This document shows, piece after piece, positions 13,601 to 25,600 of a DNA stretch of 64,000 bases. Under the pieces are notes generated by a model, which was given only the letters and a program-made list of their open reading frames with translations, made no database searches and was not told where the DNA came from. This stretch comes from an uncultured Acidobacteriota bacterium. GTDB taxonomy: Bacteria > Acidobacteriota > Blastocatellia > RBC074. Each line of letters begins with the position of its first letter. Within the stretch, counting starts at the first letter, position 1. The stretch is from NCBI GenBank assembly GCA_963796275.1, contig CAWCKY010000001.1:1184001-1248000 (forward strand), in the 5' to 3' direction. The position numbers and the translations under genes were made by a program.

Positions 13601-16600
13601 ATCCGCATCTCCGGCTCGATGACCTGCACTGGCTCTCCCTCTACCTCAGCAAAGTGTGTGCGCAGGCTCTCGTGGCGCGAGATGATGGTATTGATGGTCT
13701 GCTCCAGCGCCTTCAGGTCGAGCTCGCCGCGCAGCCGCAGCGCGCTGGGCATGTTGTACTCGGTGCTGGTCTCTCCCAGCCGATCGAGAAACCAGAGGCG
13801 CTGCTGGGCATAGGAGAGGGGCAGACGCCCGGGCCGCTGCTGCGGCGCAAGCGGAGCGCGCCCTGTCTTAGACTCTCGCAGCCGCGGGCTGAGCTGGGCA
13901 ACAGAGGGCGATTCAAAGAGGGTGCGAATGGCCAGTTCCGCTCCCAGCGTGGCGCGCACTCGGCTGACCAGTCGGGTGGCCAGCAGCGAGTGGCCGCCGA
14001 GTTCAAAGAAGTTGTCGTCAATGCCCACCCGCTCCAGACCGAGCACCTCGGCGAACAACGAGCAGAGAATCTCCTCGTGCGGGCTGCGCGGAGCCTTCCA
14101 GACAGAGGTTGAGATCAACTCCGGTTCCGGCAGGGCCTTGCGGTCCAATTTTCCATTGGGTGTCAGCGGCAGCGCTTGTAACTCGACGATGGCTGCCGGC
14201 ACCATATAGTCGGGCAGGCGCCGGGCTAATTGCTGCCGTACAGAGGTGGAATCAATGCTCCGGCCGGGTGCGGGCACCAGATAGCCGGTCAGTCGCTTCT
14301 CTCCCGGAATATCCTCGCGCGCCACCACCACTGCCTGAGCCACTTCCGGCAGCTCGCGCAGGGCAGACTCGATCTCGCCCGGCTCGATGCGGAAGCCGCG
14401 AATCTTGACCTGCTGATCGGCTCGTCCCAGAAACTCCAGGTTCCCGTCGGCCCGCCAGCGCGCCAGGTCTCCCGTCCGGTACATCCGCATTCCAGGTTCG
14501 CCGTATGGATCACCCACAAAGCGATCGGCGGTCAGGGCCGGGCGCTTGAGATATCCGCGCGCCAACCCTGCTCCTGCGATATAGAGCTCTCCTGCCACTC
14601 CCACCGGAACAGGTCCTAAACCACTATCCAAAACATACACACGCGTGTTGCAGATCGGTTGCCCTATAGGTGGCTCCCCAACTCCTAATAGTGGCCCACT
14701 CGTCGTCGCACACACTGTTGTCTCCGTCGGGCCATACGCATTGATCATCCGGCATTTCTCCGACCATCGCGCCGCCACTTCTGCAGGGCATGCCTCTCCA
14801 GCAACAATCAGGGTGTTAAGTTGTATAACCTGATCTTCTGCGAAATCGGCAACCACCACCGGCGGTAGCGTTGCGTGGGTCACCCTATGCTTGTGCATTG
14901 CCTTCACCAATAATTCACCTCTGCGCTCTTCCTCCCCTAAAAGCGTCAGCTTAGCGCCAGATAATAGACCCATCACGATTTCATAGAACGATGAGTCGAA
15001 GCTCAATGAAGCGAACTGTAGAACGCGGGACTCGGATGTAACACCGAATTGATGGATGCCCGCCGCTGAAAGGCTGGGAATGCCTCTGTGGGTGACTACA
15101 ACGCCTTTGGACCTACCAGTAGAGCCGGATGTGTAGATGATATAGGCCGGGTTGTGCGGCCGCAGAGACCGGCCCGGATTGCCGCAGGGTAATTGCTCTA
15201 TCGCCTTGGGCAGTTCCGCTTGATCGAGCAATAGGCAGCCCGTCCATACGGGCAAGTGTGCCATTATCTCACCGGTTGTGATGAGGCAAGCTGGCTCGGC
15301 GTCCTCCATCATGAAGGTGAGGCGCTCGGCTGGATACTCGGCGTCGATGGGCAGATAGGCCGCTCCTGCCTTCAAAATACCCAGCAGCGCAACGATCATC
15401 TCCGGCGACCGCGGCAGGGCCAGCGCCACCACATCCTCCGGCCCAACTCCCTCACCGATCAGCAGGTGCGCCAATCGATTGGCTCGCTCGTTCAACTCTC
15501 GGTAGGTCAGCTCCTGCTCCTGATAGATCACCGCCACCGCTCCGGGCGATCTTCGGACCTGCTCTTCAAACAGCTCTACCAGCGTCGCCTCTGGCATCTC
15601 TCGCCGTGTCTGGTTCCATTCCTCCAGTATCTGCCTGCGCTCCTCGGCTGTGAGCATATCTAATCGCCCGATCCGCTCTTTCGGATCAGCCAACACCGCC
15701 TCCAACACCCGCAGATAGTGGCGTCCCATCTGCTCCATCCTCCACCCATCAAACAAATCCCTATTGTAGAGCCACGCGATCTGAATCTCTCCCTCGCTCT
15801 CCCATGCGTGCACCTCCAGGTCGAAGCGCACTCGCAGCTCGTCTCCCATTACCTCCTCCACCTCCAGCCCCTTCACCCGCTCGGCCACCTGCGGCGCATT
15901 CTGCAAGGCGAAGACCACCTGGTAGATGGGCGTCGTGTCCAGGCTCCGCTGCGGAGTGAGCTCCTCCACCAGCCGTTCGAAGGGCACGTCCTGATGCTCA
16001 TAGGCCTCCAGCGCAACTCGCCTCACCTCTCCCATCAGCTCCTCGAAGCTCATCTCCCCATTGACCCTCATCCTCATCACCAGCGTGTTGACGAAGAATC
16101 CGATCATCTCCTCCAACTGCGCCTCCTGCCGGTTGGCGATCGGCGATCCCACCACGATCTCTTCCTGCCCGCTGTAGCGGCTCAGCACTACTCCGAAGGC
16201 GCCGAGCATGCTCATATAGAGGGTCGCCTGACCAGTCTGGCTCACCATCCGCAATCCCGCCGTCTGCTCCCGGTTCAACTTCATCTGACAGAGCTCGGCT
16301 TCATAGGTCTGCACCGGAGGCCGCACTCTATCGGTCGGTAACTCCAGTCGCTCGGGAATCCCGGCTAACTGCTCCTTCCAGTAGGCGAGCCCTTCTTGAA
16401 GGCCCTCCTGCTCCAGCCATTGCCTCTGCCACAAGGCGAAGTCGGCATACTGCACCGCCAGGGGCCGCAGCGGATTCTCTCTCCCCTCGCAGAACGCCTG
16501 GTAGAGCAGGGTCAACTCCTGATTGAAGACCCCCTCCGACCAACCGTCAGATGCGATGTGATGCATCGTCCTGATCAGGATGTGATCGCGCTCGGCCAGC

Positions 16601-19600
16601 TTAAGCAGCTTGATTCGCAGCAGCGGCCCGCGCCCCAGGTCAAAGGGCTGCCCGCCTTCCTCCCGCAGCGCGTCAATCACTCGAGCTTCTCGTTGCTTCC
16701 GGTGGAGCCCGCCCAGGTCTTCCACCCGAAGCTCGATCCGCATCTCCGGCTCGATGACCTGCACTGGCTCTCCCTCTACCTCAGCAAAGTGTGTGCGCAG
16801 GCTCTCGTGGCGCGAGATGATGGTATTGATGGTCTGCTCCAGCGCCTTCAGGTCGAGCTCGCCGCGCAGCCGCAGCGCGCTAGGCATGTTGTACTCGGTG
16901 CTGGTCTCTCCCAGCCGGTCGAGAAACCAGAGGCGCTGCTGGGCATAGGAGAGGGGCAGACGCCCGGGCCGCTGCTGCGGCGCAAGCGGAGCGCGCCCTG
17001 TCTTAGACTCTCGCAGCCGCGGGCTGAGCTGGGCAACAGAGGGCGATTCAAAGAGGGTGCGAATGGCCAGTTCCGCTCCCAGCGTGGCGCGCACTCGGCT
17101 GACCAGTCGGGTGGCCAGCAGCGAGTGGCCGCCGAGTTCAAAGAAGTTGTCGTCAATGCCCACCCGCTCCAGACCGAGCACCTCGGCGAACAACGAGCAG
17201 AGAATCTCCTCGTGCGGGCTGCGCGGAGCCTTCCAGACAGAGGTTGAGATCAACTCCGGTTCCGGCAGGGCCTTGCGGTCCAATTTTCCATTGGGAGTCA
17301 GCGGCAGCGCCTCCAGCTCGACCATCGCCGCCGGCACCATATAGTCGGGCAGGCGCCGGGCTAATTGCTGTCGCACAGAGGTGAAATCAATGTTCCGGCC
17401 GGGTGCGGGCACCACATAGCCGGCCAGTCGCTTCTCTCCCGGAGTATCCTCGCGCGCCACCACCACTGCCTGAGCCACTTCCGGCAGCTCGCGCAGCGCC
17501 GCCTCGATCTCGCCCGGCTCGATGCGGAAGCCGCGAATCTTGACCTGCTGATCGGCTCGTCCCAGAAACTCCAGGTTCCCGTCGGCCCGCCAGCGCGCCA
17601 GGTCTCCCGTCCGGTACATCCGCATTCCGGGTTCGCCGTATGGATCACCCACAAAGCGATCGGCGGTCAGGGCCGGGCGCTTGAGATATCCGCGCGCCAA
17701 TCCTGCCCCCGCGATATAGAGCTCTCCTACGACTCCCACCGGCGTCAGTTTGAGACTCCCGTCCAACACGTACACGCGCGAGTTACTGATCGCCCCTCCG
17801 ATCGGTACATCTCTGCCATCGCCTCGCTCCAATAAAGCATAGGTCGAGTATGTTGTATCTTCCGTCGGCCCGTACAGGTTGAATACCTTCCGCACTTGCT
17901 CTAGTTCATATATTTCCTCAGCTAACCTTCGCCTCAGTGCCTCGCCAGCCAGATTCACCGTCCGTACTCCTTCCGGCAGACCGCCTATCCTCAACAGTTC
18001 TGTTATTGCTGAAGGAACAGTGTTAATTAGTCTCACTTGCTTGGCCGACGGCGTATTGGGCAACTCCAATACGTTCTCTACCAGGATCACCGTCCCACCG
18101 CAGCTGAGTGGAACAAATATTTCGAAGACCGATAAATCAAAACAGATCGAGGTCGAAGCAAGTACTCCTGCTAGATCCTGTGTCTCAAACACCTCTGCTG
18201 CCCAGCACAGCAATTCTGCCGCACTGTGATGCTCGATCTGTGTCCCTTTAGGCCTGCCGGTTGAGCCGGAAGTATAGATAACATAGGCTGGGTTCTTAGG
18301 TCTGAGTTGGCTTCGACGATCACCATCTCCTGGATTTCCAGATAGACTTTGCGCCAAAGCTTCAACCGCATGGGGATGATCCAGGAGAAGGATGCCAGAT
18401 CTCACCGGTAAGCGGTCTGCTACCTTACTGGCGGTCAGCATATAGGCAGGCTCGGCATCCTCGAGCATCAAGGCCAGGCGATCGGCTGGATACTCAGTGT
18501 CGATGGGCAGATAGGCCGCTCCTGCTTTCAAAATACCCAGCAGCGAGACGATCATCTCCGGCGACCGCGGCAGGGCCAGCGCCACCACATCCTCCGGCCC
18601 AACTCCCTCGCCGATCAGCAGGTGCGCCAATCGATTGGCTCGCTCGTTCAACTCTCGGTAGGTCAGCTCCTGCTCCTGATAGATCACCGCCACCGCTCCG
18701 GGCGATCTTCGGACCTGCTCTTCAAATAGCTCTACCAGCGTCGCCTGCGGTATCTCGCGCGACGTCTCGTTCCACTCCTCCAGTATCTGCCTGCGCTCCT
18801 CGGCTGTGAGCATATCTAATCGCCCGATTCGCTCCTTCGGATCTGCCAACACCGCCTCCAACACCCGCAGATAGTGGCGTCCCATCTGCTCTATCTTCCA
18901 GCGATCGAAGAGCTCCCGGTTGTAGAGCCAGTAGATCGCCAGCTCTCCTTTTTCTTCCCAGACGTGCACCTCCAGGTCACAGTGGACCTGCAGTTGAGCT
19001 CCCATCACCAGCTCTACCTCCAGCCCCTTCATTCGCTCGGCCACCTGCGGCGCATTCTGCAGGGCGAAGACCACCTGGAAGATGGGCGTCGTGTCCAGGC
19101 TCCGCTGCGGGGAGAGCTCCTCCACCAGCCGTTCGAAGGGCACGTCCTGATGCTCATAGGCCTCCAGCGCAACTCGCCTCACCTCTCCCATCAGCTCCTC
19201 GAAGCTCATCTCCCCATTGACCCTCATCCTCATCACCAGCGTGTTGACGAAGAATCCGATCATCTCCTCCAACTGCGCCTCCTGCCGGTTGGCGATCGGC
19301 GATCCCACCACGATCTCTTCCTGCCCGCTGTAGCGGCTCAGCACTACTCCGAAGGCGCCGAGCATGCTCATATAGAGGGTCGCCTGACCAGTCTGGCTCA
19401 CCATCCGCAATCCCGCCGTCTGCTCCCGGTTCAACTTCATCTGACAGAGCTCGGCTTCATAGGTCTGCACCGGAGGCCGCACTCTATCGGTCGGTAACTC
19501 CAGTCGCTCGGGAATCCCGGCCAACTGCTCCTTCCAGTAGGCGAGCCCTTCTTGAAGGCCCTCCTGCTCCAGCCATTGCCTCTGCCACAAGGCGAAGTCG

Positions 19601-22600
19601 GCATACTGCACCGCCAGGGGCCGCAGCGGATTCTCTCTCCCCTCGCAGAACGCCTGGTAGAGCAGGGTCAACTCCTGATTGAAGACCCCCTCCGACCAAC
19701 CGTCAGATGCGATGTGATGCATCGTCCTGATCAGGATGTGATCGCGCTCGGCCAGCTTAAGCAGCTTGATTCGCAGCAGCGGCCCGCGCCCCAGGTCAAA
19801 GGGCTGCCCGCCTTCCTCCCGCAGCGCGTCCATCACTCGAGCTTCTCGTTGCTCCCGGTGGAGCCCGCCCAGGTCTTCCACCCGAAGCTCGATCCGCATC
19901 TCCGGCTCGATGACCTGCACTGGCTCTCCCTCTACCTCAGCAAAGTGTGTGCGCAGGCTCTCGTGGCGCGAGATGATGGTATTGATGGTCTGCTCCAGCG
20001 CCTTCAGGTCGAGCTCCCCGCGCAGCCGCAGCGCGCCGGGCAGGTTGTACTCGGTGCTGGTCTCTCCCAGCCGGTCGAGAAACCAGAGGCGCTGCTGGGC
20101 GTAGGAGAGGGGCAGACGCCCGGGCCGCTGCTGCGGCGCAAGCGGAGCGCGCCCTGTCTCAGACTCTTGCAGCCGCGGGCTGAGCTGGGCAACAGATGGC
20201 GATTCAAAGAGGGTGCGAATGGCCAGTTCCGCTCCCAGCGTGGCGCGCACTCGACTGACCAGTCGGGTGGCCAGCAGCGAGTGGCCGCCGAGTTCAAAGA
20301 AGTTGTCGTCAATGCCCATCCGCTCCAGACCGAGCACCTCGGCGAACAACGAGCAGAGAATCTCCTCGTGCGGGCTGCGCGGCGCCCTCCAGACAGAGGT
20401 TGAGATCAACTCTGGTTCCGGCAGGGCCTTGCGGTCCAATTTTCCATTGGGAGTCAGCGGCAGCGCCTCCAGCTCGACCATCGCCACCGGCACCATATAG
20501 TCGGGCAGGCGCCGGGCTAATTGCTGCCGCACAGAGGTGAAATCAATGCTTCGGCCGGGTGCGGGCACCACATAGCCGGCCAGTCGCTTCTCTCCCGGAG
20601 TATCCTCGCGCGCCACCACCACTGCCTGAGCCACTTCCGGCAGCTCGCGCAGCGCCGCCTCGATCTCGCCCGGCTCGATGCGGAAGCCGCGAATCTTGAC
20701 CTGCTGATCGGCTCGTCCCAGAAACTCCAGGTTCCCGTCGGCCCGCCAGCGCGCCAGGTCTCCCGTCCGGTACATCCGCATTCCAGGTTCGCCGTATGGA
20801 TCACCCACAAAGCGATCGGCGGTCAGGGCCGGGCGCTTGAGATATCCGCGCGCCAACCCCGCCCCCGCGATATAGAGCTCTCCTGCCACTCCCACCGGCA
20901 CCGGCTGCAGGTTCCCGTCCAACACGTACATACGCGTGTTGCTGATTGGTCTTCCAATAAGGACTGACTCCAGTCTCAAACCTTCACTACATTCCCAGTA
21001 GCTCGCATCGATCGTCGCTTCTGTCGGCCCATAGAGATTGATTAAACTCGCTCCGCTCACCGATTGGAACTTCTCTACCAAATCCCATGTCAATGCTTCA
21101 CCGCCGCAGAACAATCGCTTCAGCTTCGTGCATCTCTCCCATCCTTCTTCCTCCACCATTGACTGCAGCAGCTTCGGCACTACCTGCACGATATTGACCT
21201 CTCGCTCTGCTATCTCCGACACTAAATAGGCGCTGTCACGATGACCGCCAGGTTTAGCTATGACAAGCTGTGCCCCAACCAGCAACGGTGCGTAAAATTC
21301 CCATACCGAGGCATCAAAACTAAACGGAGTTTTTTGTAGGACGCGGTCAGACTCGCTCAAGGCAAAGGACTCCTGCATCCAGAGCATATGGTTGTGGAGT
21401 GCGCCGTGTGAGACCATCACTCCCTTTGGCTCTCCCGTCGAGCCGGAGGTATAGAGAACACAGGCTATATTCTCAGAGGCTACTTTGGTTAGCGGTGACG
21501 ACTCAGTATTAGAACGGAGAGCTGTTAAATCGGTATCAATGAAAATCAAATTACACTGAGAACTACCTAAGCGCTCACGTAAATATTGCTGAGTGAGAAT
21601 AATTGATACTTGTGCATTAACAAGCATAAATAACAGCCGGTCCAGTGGGTACTCTACGTCCAGCGGCAGATAAGCCGCTCCCGCCTTCAGAATCCCCAAC
21701 ATTCCCACCACCAACTCTACACTTCGCTCAAGACATAGACCCACACACACCTCAGGTCCGACACCCATCGCTTGTAAAAGATGCGCCAACTGATTGGCTC
21801 GCTCATTCAATTCACCATAGGTCAGTTCCTGCTCCTGGTAGATCACCGCCACCGCCCCGGGTGACCTTCGCACCTGCTCTTCAAACAGTTCCACCACTGT
21901 CGTTTCCCGCACCTCTCGCCGCGTTTGGTTCCACTCCTCCAGTATCTGAATGCGATCCTGCTCTCCCAGCAGGTTGATGCCTGCAATCTTTCGTTGCGCA
22001 TCGCTCACCATCGCCTCCAGCACCCGCAGATAGTGGCGTCCCATCTGCTCCATCCTCCAGCGATCGAAGAGCTCCCGGTTGTAGAGCCAGTAGATCGCAA
22101 GCTCTCCTTTTTCTTCCCAGACGTGCACCTCCAGGTCACAGTGGACCTGCAGTTGAGCTCCCATCACCAGCTCTACCTCCAGCCCCTTCATCCGCTCGGC
22201 CACCAGCGGCGCATTCTGCAGGGCGAAGACCACCTGGAAGACGGGCGTCGTGTTCAGACTCCGCTGCGGGGAGAGCTCCTCCACCAGCCGCTCGAAAGGC
22301 ACATCCTGATGCTCATAGGCCTCCAGCGCTATGCGCCGCGCCTCACTCACCAACTCCTCGACGCTCTTCTCTCCATTGACCCTCATCCTCATCACCAGCG
22401 TGTTGACGAAGAATCCGATCATCTCCTCCAACTGCGCCTCCTGCCGGTTGGCGATCGGCGATCCCACCACGATCTCTTCCTGCCCGCTGTAGCGTTCCAG
22501 CAGCAGGGCGAAGCCCGCCAGCAGCGTCATATAGAGAGTCGCCTGTTGGCTCTGGCTGAGGCGTTTCAAGCCATCGACCTGCTGACCGCTCAGGATCATC

Positions 22601-25600
22601 TGAGAGAATTCGCCCTGAAAGGTCTGCACCGGTGGTCGCACTCTATCGGTCGGCAACTCGAGCCGCTCGGGAATCCCGGCCAGCTGCTGCTTCCAGTAGG
22701 CGAGCTCTGCTTGAAGCCTCTCCTGCTCCAGCCACTGTCTCTGCCAGAGGGCGAAGTCGGCGTACTGGACGCTCAGCGGCTTGAGCGGATTCTCGCGCCC
22801 CTGACAGAAGGCCTCGTAGAGCTGAGTGAACTCGCGGTTGAAGACTCCCTCCGACCAGCCGTCGGAGACGATGTGGTGCATGGTGCGCAAAAGGATATGA
22901 TCGCGCTCTCCCAGTTTGAGCAGATTCACCCGCAGCAGCGGTCCGCGAGTCAGATCGAAGGGGCAGCTCACTTGCTCCCGCAGGCGAGCCGTCACCCGCG
23001 TTTGTTGCTCTTGCTCATCCAGTTGGCTCAAGTCATCCACGGGAATCTCGATCCACAACTCCGGCTCGATGATTTGGATGGGCGCTCCCTCTATCTCGTC
23101 AAAGTGTGTGCGCAGAGTCTCGTGGCGGGAGATGATGGTGTTGATAGTTTGCTCCAGCGCCTGGCGGTGGAGTTCTCCTCTCAGCCGGAGAGCCACAGGC
23201 ATGTTGTATTCTGTGCTGTTTCCAGCCAGGCGGTCGAGAAACCAGAGGCGCTGCTGGGCATAGGAGAGGGGCAGACGCTCGGGCCGCTGCTGCTGCACAA
23301 GTGAAGGGCGTCCCGTCCCGGACTCTCTCAGCCGCGAGCTGAGTTGGGCAACAGAGGGCGACTCAAAGAGGGTGCGAATGGCCAGTTCCGCTCCCAGCGC
23401 GGCGCGCACTCGGCTGACCAGGCGCGTGGCCAGCAGCGAGTGGCCGCCGAGGTCGAAGAAATTGTCGTCAATGCCCACCCGCTCCAGACCGAGCACCTCG
23501 GCGAACAACGAGCATAGTATCTCCTCTTCGGGACTGCGCGGCGCCCTCCAGACAGAGGTCGATGTCATCTCCGGCTCGGGCAAGGCCTTGCGATCGAGCT
23601 TCCCATTGGGGGTCAGCGGCAGCTCATTCACCTCTACTATCGCTCCCGGCACCATATAGTCGGGCAGCCGCTGCCCTAACTGCTGGCGCAGTGCCGCCAC
23701 ATCCAGCCCCTGGCCAGCGCTCGCTACCGCATATCCAACCAATCGCTTCTCTCCCGGAGTATCCTCGCGCGTCACCACTGCCGCCTGATCTACCTGCGGC
23801 AGCTCGCGCAGCGCCGCCTCGATCTCGCCCGGCTCGATGCGGAAGCCGCGAATCTTCACCTGCTGATCGGCCCGCCCGAGGAACTCCAGATTCCCATCGG
23901 CCCGCCAGCGCGCCAGGTCTCCCGTCCGGTAGATACGCGTTCCAGGCTCGCCGTATGGGTCAGCCACAAAGCGCTCGGCGGTCAAAGCTGCCCGCTTCTG
24001 ATATCCGCGCGCCAATCCTGGCCCAGCGATATAGAGCTCTCCTCCGACTCCCACCGGCGTCGGTCTCAGACTCCTGTCCAACACGTACACACGTGTGTTG
24101 CTGATCGGTTGCCCGATCGGTATCGTCTCTCCTTCTTTGATCTCCTCTCGACAAATTTCCTTAAAAGTCGCAAAAGTCGTCGTCTCTGTTGGTCCGTAGA
24201 CGTTCAACAAACGCTCTGGCCCCTCTCGCTTGAGCACCTCCGCCACCCATCCCGAATCTAACTTCTCTCCGCCAATTAGGACCTCCCGACAACCTTTGAA
24301 TGCCCTCGGTTCGGATCGTGCCACCTGGTTAAATAACGCCGTGGTCAGAAAGATTGTGTTAATCCCTTGTGTTATCAATTCCTCGGCGAGCAACCGAGGT
24401 TGCAACAATAGATCGCGACTGATGCAATACAATCGCGCTCCATGCAGTAATGCGCCCCATATCTCAAAGGTCGCTGCATCAAATGAGATGGTCGATGCCT
24501 GAGCTATTACATCGGTCTCTCTAATCTCGACGTAGTTTGTTTGACAAACCAGTCGCACTACCCCCCGATGCGTAATCTCAATCCCTTTTGGCTCCCCGGT
24601 CGATCCGGAAGTGTAGGTCACATAAGCCAGGTTATTTCCGCATACATCGATTCCGGGATTCTCTGTCGCATTCTTCGCCTCTGCCTCCACTGTTGCAAGG
24701 TTGATTACCTCTAGCGCGCCATCCCCCAGACGCTCGCCCAGCAACGGATTGCTGATTACTACTCTCACTCCGCTATCTTTCACCATGTAAAGCAAGCGCG
24801 ATAGCGGATACTCGGGATCAAGCGGCAGATATGCTCCGCCGGCCTTCAGAATCCCCAGGAGGGCGGTTACCATATCTATCCCGCGCTCCAAACAGACTCC
24901 CACCACATCATCCCGCCCCACACCTCGCCCGCGCAGGTAATGCGCCAGGCGATTAGCGCGCAGGTTCAAATCTCGATAGGTGATCTCCTCGCTCCCACTA
25001 ACAATTGCCACCGCCCCAGGCGATCTTCGGACCTGCTCTTCAAACAACTCCACCACCGACGCCTCTGGTATCTCCCGCTCCGTCCGATTCCACTCCTCCA
25101 GTATCAGCGTGCGCTCCTCTACGAGCACTTCAATCGCCCTCATCTCAATCTCGGGCTCCCTCTCCAACGCCTCCACCAACGCCTCCAGCGCATTCCGCAT
25201 ATAATTACAGATACGATCCGGTTCGATCGGTCTGACCGCTTGCGCGGTGAGCGCGAATTCATCCCCCCAATCCTCTACAGACAATATCAGCGGGTAGTTG
25301 GTCCACTCTTCGGAGTGAATCACCTCGATACCAGCCCAGGACTGCCTTGCCTCAGGTAATTGCTCCACCTGCCGGGAGTGCCGGTAGTTGAGCAAAGAGC
25401 TGAACAACGGCGTCGGCGCCGCCACCCCGCTGCACCTCTGTGCAAGGGCCAGCGACGCGTGTTCATGCTTCATCAACTCTCCCAGCAGTTCGTGCGTTTT
25501 TTTCACGCTCCGCTCCACACTCTCCTTCCCCACACGAACCCGTATCGGCAAGGAGTTGATGAACAATCCCAGAACTCGCTCAGATCCCTCTCCTCCTCCC

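Larger units (their letters stand above)
2090..23470. repeat. Dispersed near-identical C-domain DNA repeat, family A: copies at about 2090-3480, 6130-7500, 9290-10460 and 22260-23470
   Basis: Almost identical nucleotide blocks; near-identical 115-aa antisense shadow ORFs recur at 2896, 6952, 10109 and 22916. Confidence 0.9.

Noticed and set aside
2090-23470. Long direct repeats as possible CRISPR array, IS copies or DGR template/variable repeats
   Set aside because: They are kb-scale coding C/T/A duplications with no spacers, transposase, reverse transcriptase or adenine-specific mismatch pattern evident.
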